The notes beneath the pieces are model-generated. The model did not search any database and had not been told where the DNA came from. It saw nothing but the letters and a program-made list of their open reading frames with translations. A DNA stretch of 24,114 nucleotides from a virus (taxonomy: Duplodnaviria; Caudoviricetes), in IMG/VR virus record IMGVR_UViG_3300032305_001499, positions 1 through 24,114 of that record; one strand, 5' to 3'. The position numbers were made by a program, and so were the translations under genes. Below, in pieces: positions 1-7,907 of this stretch; positions within the stretch are counted from its first letter, which is position 1, and each line of letters begins with the position of its first letter.

Positions 1-31
1 ATATTTGATTTAAATATAGTTAATGTTTGAG

Positions 32-38
32 TATTTAT
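32..38 (+). promoter_or_regulatory. TATTTAT motif, putative phage late promoter element
   Basis: 6 nt upstream of ATG 45. TATTTATCAATA (32-43) is identical to 2251-2262 ahead of the sheath gene. Confidence 0.55.
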
Positions 39-44
39 CAATAT

Positions 45-557
45 ATGCAAAAATTAGTCCCAATTACAAGATTAGGTAAGTTCTTCGGAGCTGAGGATTA
101 TTCGCTCGACATCGGTATGGGTGAGGAGTGGTTATTAGGTGATATGAACTTCACCATAGTATTGTATCGTATTGATAGGTATAAAACCAAAACTGATGAT
201 GTTTATGGTGAAGTAACTGAAGATGGTATCCAATTCCTGGCACCTATTGAATTACAAGGTTTAGTTCAAGTTATGGCACCTGTACATAAATTATTAGGTA
301 ATTCTAAAGTGGAACAACAAGAACCTGGTAATATGAAGTTCTCTATTTATCAAAAGACTCTTGATGATATGGGGGTTGAGATATTCCAAGGTGACTATAT
401 TGGATATTACGAAACAGAAGACAGAGTAAGATATTATGTGGTGTCTGATGACGGATATGTCAAGTCAGATAATAAACACACTTATGGTGGATACAAACCT
501 TTCTATAGAAGTGTTATTGCAACATACGTAAGTGAAAACGAATTTAGAGGAATATAA
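45..557 (+). CDS. Putative neck/head-closure protein (T4 gp14-like)
   Basis: ORF track starts at TTG 27; the in-frame ATG 45 (MQKLVP) is the more likely start. The pattern LYRID..KTDDVYGE..FLAPIEL..GDYIGY..YYVV and the position ahead of a gp15-like gene fit head-closure proteins. Confidence 0.55.
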   Translation: MQKLVPITRLGKFFGAEDYSLDIGMGEEWLLGDMNFTIVLYRIDRYKTKTDDVYGEVTEDGIQFLAPIELQGLVQVMAPVHKLLGNSKVEQQEPGNMKFSIYQKTLDDMGVEIFQGDYIGYYETEDRVRYYVVSDDGYVKSDNKHTYGGYKPFYRSVIATYVSENEFRGI

Positions 558-970
558 TGAAAGTAATCATAACAGGGTCTCAGTTTGATTCTATCTTTAT
601 TGGTAAGAAAGTTATGGTATACTATAATTTACATAAACACACTTTCTCGGTTACATATGATAGTAAAGTAATATTACACGCTGACTATGTTAAATTAGGG
701 GATGTTGAGTTTAGGGTTAGACAAGGTGGTAACGAAAGGGTTCGACAACAAAAGAGTAAGAACGTACATGCCTTTGTTATTGGAAGATTATTAGACTATT
801 GTGAATACCCTTGTGACGATATACCATCACCATCATCCGATAAGATTGTAACCTATAATCCTTACAAACACAATTCGTTTATATATAAAGATAGTGAAGA
901 ACCTGTATATAACGCCAAAGAGGTTGATATGATAAATTCACAAAATAAACTATTTGTAGTTAAAGAATAA
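557..970 (+). CDS. Uncharacterized phage protein (VYYNLHK..KNVHAFV..YNPYK)
   Basis: 137-aa ORF coupled to both neighbours by TAATG overlaps. The motifs look like a widespread phage family, but I cannot assign a function. Confidence 0.8.
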   Translation: MKVIITGSQFDSIFIGKKVMVYYNLHKHTFSVTYDSKVILHADYVKLGDVEFRVRQGGNERVRQQKSKNVHAFVIGRLLDYCEYPCDDIPSPSSDKIVTYNPYKHNSFIYKDSEEPVYNAKEVDMINSQNKLFVVKE

Positions 971-2013
971 TGCCATTACCAAGAAACGTAGTTAAACCAA
1001 CATTACCATTAGTACCTAAGAAGACATTGTCTGCTCGTAGGGAACAGTTGTTGGAATATATTAATGAAGACGGAACTTATTTACCTAAGTCGGTATTACA
1101 TGCTGATTTGGATAGGGGGATGTTAGATTTTGTTAAAGGAGACTTAGAAGTTATAACCGCAGGTAAAGTTGTACCTATGGTTGATATTATTATTACAACT
1201 CAAAACTGGACTCAGTACGTAGAAACTGCGTTATTTGTTGATTTAGATTATAACCCTTCTCCACCATTCATTACTGTGGTTAGAAATCCTGAAGTAAAGT
1301 TTGGAACTAATCCTTCATTACAATATACAATCCCAAATAGAAAACAATTTTATTATGCATCGGTTCCAACATGGAACGGTAATGAGCAAGGTATGGATAT
1401 CTACACGATACCTCAACCTGTTCCTGTAGATATTAATTACAGTGTTAAAATTATTTGTAATAGAATGAGAGAGCTTAACCAATTGAATAAAGTGGTTATG
1501 CAGAAATTTTCATCGAGACAAGCCTATACGTTTATTAAAGGTCAATATGTTCCAATTATCATGAACAATGTTTCTGATGAATCTCAAATGAGTTTGGAAT
1601 CAAGAAAGTATTATGTTCAAAGTTATGACTTCACAATGTTAGGTTATTTAATCGACGAGGAAGAGTTTGAAGTTAAACCTGCAATTGCTCGAGTTGCTCA
1701 GGTTATGGAACTTGATACTTCTACATTTAAAAAGAGAAGAAACAAATCTCCTGAAAATCCTGACGAATTTCTTTCTAATTTTTTATACGTTGTTGGTAAC
1801 AATGTTTTAAATGATGTGGTGGCTTATACCGCAAACTTAACTTGGCTTAGTTCAGATAATGTTGAATCATACGATGTCTACATCAATGGTGACTATTATG
1901 GTACTGATGTACAAAAAATTCAAATTACCACAAATGATGAATTAAGAATCGAAGTTATTAAAACTGACGATACTCAAGAGTCGTACATCAAGTTTGATAA
2001 CATCTTAGTTTAA
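970..2013 (+). CDS. Tail terminator / tail sheath stabilizer (T4 gp15-like) with a small C-terminal beta domain
   Basis: PVPVDINYSVKIICNRMRELNQLNKVVMQKF resembles the gp15 core (PVPY.i.feL.i......a.QivEQI...F). It lies between neck and sheath. C-terminal NLTW..SDNVESYDVYING looks Fn3/Ig-like. Confidence 0.7.
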   Translation: MPLPRNVVKPTLPLVPKKTLSARREQLLEYINEDGTYLPKSVLHADLDRGMLDFVKGDLEVITAGKVVPMVDIIITTQNWTQYVETALFVDLDYNPSPPFITVVRNPEVKFGTNPSLQYTIPNRKQFYYASVPTWNGNEQGMDIYTIPQPVPVDINYSVKIICNRMRELNQLNKVVMQKFSSRQAYTFIKGQYVPIIMNNVSDESQMSLESRKYYVQSYDFTMLGYLIDEEEFEVKPAIARVAQVMELDTSTFKKRRNKSPENPDEFLSNFLYVVGNNVLNDVVAYTANLTWLSSDNVESYDVYINGDYYGTDVQKIQITTNDELRIEVIKTDDTQESYIKFDNILV

Positions 2014-2171
2014 TTCTCTCCGTAGATATCTTTCTTTTCTTTACACCTCTCTATTATCAAATTTTCTAAAAATTTGTAAATCTTCATTCCACGTTTCTCA
2101 CAGTACTTTTTTAATATCTCGTGTACTTCAGGGTCAATTTTGATGTTCTTAATTTCTTTAGTTGCTTTCAT
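2010..2171 (-). CDS. Small ribbon-helix-helix DNA-binding protein (Arc/CopG-like), 53 aa
   Basis: Manual translation: MKATKEIKNIKIDPEVHEILKKYCEKRGMKIYKFLENLIIERCKEKKDIYGEN*. Alternating beta strand (KNIKID), helix, Gly turn, second helix. It fills the gap between gp15-like and sheath genes, and its stop overlaps the gp15-like stop. Confidence 0.8.
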   Translation of the reverse strand: MKATKEIKNIKIDPEVHEILKKYCEKRGMKIYKFLENLIIERCKEKKDIYGEN

Positions 2172-2190
2172 AGGTAGAAAAAAGGTAGAA
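2172..2190. repeat. Direct repeat AGGTAGAA x2 with 11-bp period, candidate operator
   Basis: AGGTAGAA at 2172-2179 and 2183-2190, abutting the start codon of the minus-strand RHH gene. Confidence 0.5.
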
Positions 2191-2250
2191 TTTATTCATA
2201 CCGTTTACAAATACATATTCAAAAGTCAAGTTTTTTGTATTAGTAACGAA

Positions 2251-2257
2251 TATTTAT
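2251..2257 (+). promoter_or_regulatory. TATTTAT motif, putative late promoter of the sheath gene
   Basis: 35 nt upstream of ATG 2293; recurrent intergenic motif. Confidence 0.6.
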
Positions 2258-2292
2258 CAATAAAATAAATCTGCAATAGAATTAATTAAATA

Positions 2293-5200
2293 ATGGCAAC
2301 AGCACAAGCAAATCAAAAAGTTTTTGTATCACCTGGAGTATATACATCTGAAACGGACCTTTCGTTCGTAGCACAGAGTGTCGGTGTTACAACCTTAGGG
2401 TTGGTCGGGGAAACAATTAAAGGCCCTGCATTCGAACCTGTTTTTATAACTAACTACGACGAGTTCCAAGCATATTTTGGTGGAACGGAACCAGTAAAAT
2501 TTGTAAACACACAAATTCCAAAATATGAGGCGGCGTACATCGCCAAGTCATACTTACAACAATCTAACCAATTGTTTGTTACGAGAGTATTAGGTTTGTC
2601 AGGATATGACGCGGGTCCGTCTTGGAGTATTAGAGTTACTGCCAACGTTGACCCATTAACTATTGGTATCGTAGCTCCAACGGGAGGTACAGTATTCAAC
2701 GCAACATTCACAGGGGCTACAGGTTCTACTACAATTGAGTTTGTGGGAGGGTCATTACCTAATGATATTCAAGTTAACTTAAATAACCAATACAGATTAT
2801 CTGATGGTAGTACATCAACTTATAACGATGATTTCAATAGTAATTTAAGTAATATTATTGACACCCCATCTTTATCTGCAACAACAGTCGCGTTTTATGG
2901 TTCAATACCATCACCTGATTATTGGAGTTTGGTTAGTCAATATTCAAACCAACTTAATGTTTTTGGTTCTGAATCTAACAATTTAGATACTAACGATTTA
3001 AGTTCAGACGCTAACGACCCTTGGTACTACGCAACATTTAGTAATGACGCAAATCTAAACAACAATTATACAGGATATTCATTCTACTATAATGTGTCAT
3101 CATTAACCGATAACGGTAATGGAGAATTTATAGGTCAAATTACAGGTGAAGTTTTTAGTTTCACAGGAACAGCTTATACTGAGTACAATAACATGGTTAT
3201 TGCAACTTTACGTTCAAGAGGTATCTCGTTGTATTCAAATGATGCAAACCTTGGTCAACATGGACCTGTTTATGAAGTTAGTGGACTTACTGATGTAACA
3301 TTAGTTGCATCGGGAGAATACTCAGGTATAACTGATTCACCATTTGAAGGATTCTTATTATCAGGTATTACTAAAGACGGTGATAATTTCTCATTTGAAA
3401 CATCATTATCTGCAGCATCACCTAAATACATAACTAAAGTATTAGGAACTGATAACTTTGGAAAATCAAGAAACGAAGTTCCTTTGTTTGTTGAAGAGAT
3501 TTATCCGAGTTCATTATCTTACGCTTACAACCAAGGATATATCAAAGGTATCAATCCTGAGTTAATTGCGTTAGAGGATGCTAGAAGTGAAAACTCACAA
3601 TCAATCGCATACAAAGTTGAAAAATATCAATCACCTGAAACTCCTTTCTTAGTATCTGAGTTAAGAGGTAATAAAGTTTACAGATTATTTAAATTCATTT
3701 CAATCTCTGATGGAGATTCTGCGAATGTTGAGGTTAAGATTTCTATTGCTAACTTATCATTCAATAATATGACTTTTGATGTGTTAGTAAGAAACTTCTT
3801 TGATACGGATGCAAACCCTGTTGTTATTGAAAAATTCACTAACTGTAATATGGACCCAGGTTCTAACAACTTTGTGGCTAAGAAAATTGGTTCATCAAAC
3901 GGTGAATACGCTTTAATATCTAAATATATAATGATTGAATTAGCTGATGAAGCTCCAATTGATGCAATTCCTTGTGGATTCTACGGATACACACAAAGAG
4001 AATATGAATCAACTGCGAACATTTCACCAGTACCACAATTCAAAACAAAATATTATTTCCCAGGTGAGGTTATTTATAACCCTCCATTTGGAACAACCGC
4101 TAACGCAACTGAATCTGCGGGAGATATTGTTAGAAGAAGTTATTTAGGATTCTCAAGTCAATTTGGTATTGATGAATCATTCTTAACTTTTAAAGGTAGA
4201 CAAAACCCTGTAAATTGGGTTAACTCAGCATTACCTATTGAAGGTCAAGCTTGGAACTATTTAAGTAGAGGTTTCCACATGGACTCAGGAGCTACTGTAG
4301 TAACAATCTCTAACTCATACTTATCAAGTGGTCAAACAGCTTTCGAGTGTGGTGTTGCGGATTTCAGATTCGACCCTGAAACTCAAGAGAACCCTTACTA
4401 CTTCATCTACTCAAGAAAATATACATTATGTTTTGCAGGTGGATTTGACGGATGGGATGTTTATAGAGAATTCAGAACCAACCAAGATAGATTCCAATTA
4501 GGTTCATCAGGTTATTTAGCGGGAGCATCAGCTTCTACAAGATATCCAACAGCGACAGGTCAAGGTTTATTCAAGAGAATTGTTGTAGCTAACAATACTC
4601 AAGATTTTGCTAACACCGATTACTACGCTTACTTACTTGGTATATTAACATTCGGTAATCCTGAAGCAACAAACATTAACGTGTTCGCAACTTCATCAAT
4701 TGATTATGTTAACAACTCAAACCTTGTTGAAGAAGCTATCGATATGGTACAATATTCAAGAGCTGACTCTGTGTATATCGCAACAACTCCTGACTACTTA
4801 ATGTACACTCCAGATGGAACTAACTCTTTAGATATCATCTACCCACAAGAGGCGGTTGATAACTTAGATAATACAGGAATTGACTCTAACTACACTGCAA
4901 CTTACTACCCATGGATTTTAGTAAGAGATACTGTGAACAACACACAAATCTACTTACCTCCAACAGGTGAAGTTGTAAGAAACTTAGCGTTGACAGATAA
5001 CATTGCGTTCCCATGGTTCGCATCGGCGGGTTACACAAGAGGTCTTGTAAACTCTATCAAAGCGAGAACTAAATTGACTCAAGAAGATAGAGACACACTT
5101 TACCAAGGTAGAATTAACCCTATTGCAACTTTCTCTGATGTAGGTACTGTAATTTGGGGTAACAAAACGTTACAAGTTGCTGACTCAGCACTTAACAGAT

Positions 5201-5505
5201 TGAATGTAAGAAGATTATTACTTCAAGCTCGTAAGTTGATTTCAGCTGTAGCGGTAAGATTATTGTTTGAACAAAACGACCAAATCGTTAGACAACAATT
5301 CTTAGACAGTGTTAACCCAATCTTAGATTCAATCAGAAGAGACAGAGGTTTATACGATTTCCGTGTAACAGTTTCTTCAACACCTGAAGACTTAGACAGA
5401 AACACATTAGTAGGAAAAATCTACTTAAAACCAACGAAAGCATTAGAATTCATCGACATTGAATTCTTCATTACTCCAACAGGAGCTTCGTTCGAGAATA
5501 TTTAA
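2293..5505 (+). CDS. Contractile tail sheath protein (T4 gp18-like)
   Basis: N-terminal SPGVYTSETDLS; C-terminal WFASAGYTRG, RDTLYQGRINPI, VIWGNKTL, LNVRRLL, LFEQND, KPTKALEFI sheath signatures. Confidence 0.97.
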   Translation: MATAQANQKVFVSPGVYTSETDLSFVAQSVGVTTLGLVGETIKGPAFEPVFITNYDEFQAYFGGTEPVKFVNTQIPKYEAAYIAKSYLQQSNQLFVTRVLGLSGYDAGPSWSIRVTANVDPLTIGIVAPTGGTVFNATFTGATGSTTIEFVGGSLPNDIQVNLNNQYRLSDGSTSTYNDDFNSNLSNIIDTPSLSATTVAFYGSIPSPDYWSLVSQYSNQLNVFGSESNNLDTNDLSSDANDPWYYATFSNDANLNNNYTGYSFYYNVSSLTDNGNGEFIGQITGEVFSFTGTAYTEYNNMVIATLRSRGISLYSNDANLGQHGPVYEVSGLTDVTLVASGEYSGITDSPFEGFLLSGITKDGDNFSFETSLSAASPKYITKVLGTDNFGKSRNEVPLFVEEIYPSSLSYAYNQGYIKGINPELIALEDARSENSQSIAYKVEKYQSPETPFLVSELRGNKVYRLFKFISISDGDSANVEVKISIANLSFNNMTFDVLVRNFFDTDANPVVIEKFTNCNMDPGSNNFVAKKIGSSNGEYALISKYIMIELADEAPIDAIPCGFYGYTQREYESTANISPVPQFKTKYYFPGEVIYNPPFGTTANATESAGDIVRRSYLGFSSQFGIDESFLTFKGRQNPVNWVNSALPIEGQAWNYLSRGFHMDSGATVVTISNSYLSSGQTAFECGVADFRFDPETQENPYYFIYSRKYTLCFAGGFDGWDVYREFRTNQDRFQLGSSGYLAGASASTRYPTATGQGLFKRIVVANNTQDFANTDYYAYLLGILTFGNPEATNINVFATSSIDYVNNSNLVEEAIDMVQYSRADSVYIATTPDYLMYTPDGTNSLDIIYPQEAVDNLDNTGIDSNYTATYYPWILVRDTVNNTQIYLPPTGEVVRNLALTDNIAFPWFASAGYTRGLVNSIKARTKLTQEDRDTLYQGRINPIATFSDVGTVIWGNKTLQVADSALNRLNVRRLLLQARKLISAVAVRLLFEQNDQIVRQQFLDSVNPILDSIRRDRGLYDFRVTVSSTPEDLDRNTLVGKIYLKPTKALEFIDIEFFITPTGASFENI

Positions 5506-5512
5506 TAATAAC

Positions 5513-5534
5513 GGGGGGACTAAATCCCCCCTTT
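5513..5534 (+). terminator. Hairpin after sheath, probable intrinsic terminator or mRNA-stabilising stem
   Basis: GGGGGGA-CTAAA-TCCCCCC (7-bp stem) followed by only TTT. Confidence 0.6.
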
Positions 5535-5540
5535 AGCCAA

Positions 5541-6368
5541 ATGAGAAATAAATTAACAGAAGGATTTAAAGGTGAAGGTTCACCAGATATGAAATATTAT
5601 GCATTCGATTGGGATGATAATATTGTTCATATGCCGACAAAAATCATGGTTAAAAGTGAGGATGGTGACGAAGTAGGTATGTCAACAGATGACTTCGCAG
5701 AACACAGACATCATTTAGGTAAAGAACCTTTTGAATATAAAGGTGAGACAATTGTAGGGTTTGCTGAGGACCCATTTAGAAATTTCAGAACTGAGGGTGA
5801 TAAAGATTTCTTAATCGATGCGATGAGGGCAAAAGAAGGTCCTGCGTTTGATGATTTTAGAGAAGCTATCAATAACGGTTCGGTGTTTTCCATAATCACA
5901 GCGAGGGGTCACAATCCAAATACATTAAAACAAGCGGTTTATAATTATATTATAAATGATTATAATGGGATAAGCAAAGATGAACTTATTAAAAACCTTA
6001 AAAAATATAGGACGTTTGTAGGTGAAGATGAGATGAGTGACGAAGAATTAATTAAAACTTATTTAGAACTCAACAAGTACCATCCAGTTTCTTTCGGAGA
6101 TGAGGGTGGGGCGGTTAACCCTGAAGAGGCGAAGGTCCAAGCAATGGAAGATTTTGTATCTTATATTAAAGGATTAGCTGCGGTTTTAAATAAAAGAGCG
6201 TATTTAAAGAATGATGTTAATAATAACTTTATTCCTAGTGAGCCATCTATAGGCTTTTCAGATGATGACCCTAAGAACATAGAAGTAATGAAAAAACATT
6301 TTAAAGATAAACCAGATAATATAGTAAGAACATATTCTACTGCTGGAGGACTTAAAAAGGAAGTCTAG
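5541..6368 (+). CDS. HAD-superfamily phosphatase/hydrolase
   Basis: Motif I AFDWDDNI (Asp codon at 5607), motif II IITARG, candidate motif III Lys (EAKVQ), motif IV GFSDDD. Alternative start ATG 5589. Confidence 0.85.
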   Translation: MRNKLTEGFKGEGSPDMKYYAFDWDDNIVHMPTKIMVKSEDGDEVGMSTDDFAEHRHHLGKEPFEYKGETIVGFAEDPFRNFRTEGDKDFLIDAMRAKEGPAFDDFREAINNGSVFSIITARGHNPNTLKQAVYNYIINDYNGISKDELIKNLKKYRTFVGEDEMSDEELIKTYLELNKYHPVSFGDEGGAVNPEEAKVQAMEDFVSYIKGLAAVLNKRAYLKNDVNNNFIPSEPSIGFSDDDPKNIEVMKKHFKDKPDNIVRTYSTAGGLKKEV

Positions 6369-6424
6369 TTAAAGAATACCGTTTTTAATTTTTTAAGTAA
6401 ATAGAAAAATTTTTCAAACGGATA

Positions 6425-6431
6425 TATTTAT
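6425..6431 (+). promoter_or_regulatory. TATTTAT motif, putative late promoter of the tube gene
   Basis: 32 nt upstream of ATG 6464; preceded by the palindrome GAAAAATTTTTC (6404-6415). Confidence 0.6.
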
Positions 6432-6463
6432 CGTTATAAACATAGAAACAAAATTTAAATAAT

Positions 6464-6952
6464 ATGGCTGATTTACTGATGAAAATGCCGATTCCTTATG
6501 AACCGAAACGTCAAAACCGATTCATTTTAAGGTTTCCATCAAGTTTAGGTATTAATGAATGGTTCGTAGAAAGTACTTCGAGACCACACATTACAATTGC
6601 TGCGACTGAAATTCCATTCTTGAACACTTCGACTTACGTTGCAGGTAGATTCAACTGGCAAACAATTAACGTTGTCTTTAGAGACCCAATTGGACCGTCT
6701 GCCGCACAAGCTCTTATGGAGTGGGTTCGTTTACACGCCGAGTCAGTGACAGGTCGTATGGGATATGCTGCAGGGTACAAAAAAGATATTGACCTTGAGA
6801 TGTTAGACCCAACAGGTGTTGTTGTTGAGAAATGGATTATGTATGGTACATTCTTAACAGATGTTAACTTTAATGCGTTGGCTTACAACACAGATGGTTT
6901 AGCGACAATTGCAGCAACTCTGAGAATGGACAGATGTGTGTTAGTTTACTAA
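6464..6952 (+). CDS. Tail tube protein (T4 gp19-like)
   Basis: 162 aa; EPKRQNRF..., IPFLN..YVAGRFNWQTINVVFRD, LMEW, YKKDIDLEMLDPTG.VVEKW.MYGTF, ATLRMD match the gp19 tube fold; downstream of sheath. Confidence 0.93.
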   Translation: MADLLMKMPIPYEPKRQNRFILRFPSSLGINEWFVESTSRPHITIAATEIPFLNTSTYVAGRFNWQTINVVFRDPIGPSAAQALMEWVRLHAESVTGRMGYAAGYKKDIDLEMLDPTGVVVEKWIMYGTFLTDVNFNALAYNTDGLATIAATLRMDRCVLVY

Positions 6953-6955
6953 TAC

Positions 6956-6963
6956 TATTTATA
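6956..6963 (+). promoter_or_regulatory. TATTTATA motif upstream of the chaperone gene
   Basis: Directly after the tube stop codon and upstream of the 6985-7016 hairpin. Confidence 0.45.
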
Positions 6964-6984
6964 AAAAATTTAGAACAATTATAT

Positions 6985-7022
6985 TTAACCGTAAAGCACA
7001 TAAACTTTACGGTTAATTTTTT
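6985..7022 (+). terminator. Intrinsic terminator / attenuator hairpin between tube and chaperone
   Basis: Perfect 12-bp stem TTAACCGTAAAG / CTTTACGGTTAA, 8-nt loop, then T6 ending 2 nt before ATG 7025. Confidence 0.75.
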
Positions 7023-7024
7023 AT

Positions 7025-7768
7025 ATGGATAATCAATCAAGAGAATACGGTCAAGCAAACTTTTCGCTTCCCCATGACGTGGTACCATTACCATCTCAAG
7101 GTACATTCTACAAAAACAAAAAGAAATCAATTAAAGTCGGGTATCTGACTGCAACTGATGAGAACTTATTAATGGCGGGTGGTGACGATATGACACCAAA
7201 TCTTTTAAGAACAAAGATTTACGAACCAGACTTACGTGTTGAGGACATGTTGGAAGGTGATGTTGAGGCGGTCTTAATTTTCTTAAGGAATACTGCGTTT
7301 GGACCTGAAATGGAACTTACATTGACGGACCCTTCAACAAGAAAACCTTTCAAAACGACAGTACTACTTGACCAATTAACTATTCTACAAGGTCAACAAC
7401 CTAACGAAGACGGAACATTTACAACGACGTTACCAAAATCTCAAACAACTGTTAAGTTAAAACCAATGACTTACGGTGAAATCTTAGAAAATCAAAGAGC
7501 TGCGGATTTATATCCTGCGGGAAGAGTAGTTCCTAAAGTTACTTTAAGATTACAAAAAGAAATTATTGAGGCAAACGGGTCTACCGATAAAGGCGAAATC
7601 GCCAAATTTATAGAATCAATGCCAATTGCGGATTCAAAATTCATAAGAAAATTTATGGAAGATAATGAACCAAGGTTGGATATGAAACGAATTGTTATGA
7701 CCCCATCAGGAGAAAGACTTACAGTTAATGTAGGTTTCGGGGTCGACTTTTTTCGTCCTTTCTTCTGA
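7025..7768 (+). CDS. Tail/baseplate-hub assembly chaperone (T4 gp26-like)
   Basis: PHDVVPLPSQG.FY..IKVGYLTATDENLL..GDVEAVLIFLRNTAFG resembles gp26-family proteins, with an internal second LPKS..VKLKPMT unit. It occupies the canonical chaperone slot between tube and tape measure. Confidence 0.8.
   Translation: MDNQSREYGQANFSLPHDVVPLPSQGTFYKNKKKSIKVGYLTATDENLLMAGGDDMTPNLLRTKIYEPDLRVEDMLEGDVEAVLIFLRNTAFGPEMELTLTDPSTRKPFKTTVLLDQLTILQGQQPNEDGTFTTTLPKSQTTVKLKPMTYGEILENQRAADLYPAGRVVPKVTLRLQKEIIEANGSTDKGEIAKFIESMPIADSKFIRKFMEDNEPRLDMKRIVMTPSGERLTVNVGFGVDFFRPFF
7748..7757 (+). other. Candidate programmed +1 frameshift site TTT_TTT_CGT_C
   Basis: In-frame Phe-Phe-Arg near the chaperone stop. tRNA-Phe can re-pair UUU to UUC in the +1 frame, which stays open to 7907. 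Confidence 0.7.
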
Positions 7769-7907
7769 TTATAGAAAAAGTCAGTTAGACGAGTTCTACT
7801 ACTTAAACACATTATTAAAGATAAGTTATCAAGATTTTTTAATAATGCCGTTGTTCACAAGAAAGTATCTTTTAGATAAATGGATTGAAGATAATAAAAA
7901 GGACTGA
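7755..7907 (+). CDS. Frameshift extension of the tail assembly chaperone (gp51-like / gpGT-type C-terminal part)
   Basis: Frame open 7734-7907 after TAG 7731-7733, with no ATG/GTG/TTG before 7845. Encodes VLSSDYRKSQLDEFYYLNTLLKISYQDFLIMPLFTRKYLLDKWIEDNKKD*. Confidence 0.75.
   Translation, partial: VLSSDYRKSQLDEFYYLNTLLKISYQDFLIMPLFTRKYLLDKWIEDNKKD

Noticed and set aside
27-44. TTG start at 27 for the first ORF
   Set aside because: It would place the TATTTAT motif inside the CDS; ATG 45 has a context like the other genes.
6404-6415. Perfect palindrome GAAAAATTTTTC as a terminator
   Set aside because: It has no loop and is almost all A/T, so it is too weak and likely by chance in AT-rich DNA. 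Noted only as context for the tube promoter.
7747-7788. Canonical -1 frameshift or TGA read-through for the chaperone
   Set aside because: The -1 frame stops at TAG 7786-7788. Read-through of TGA 7766-7768 meets TAG at 7772-7774. Only the +1/-2 frame gives a plausible product.
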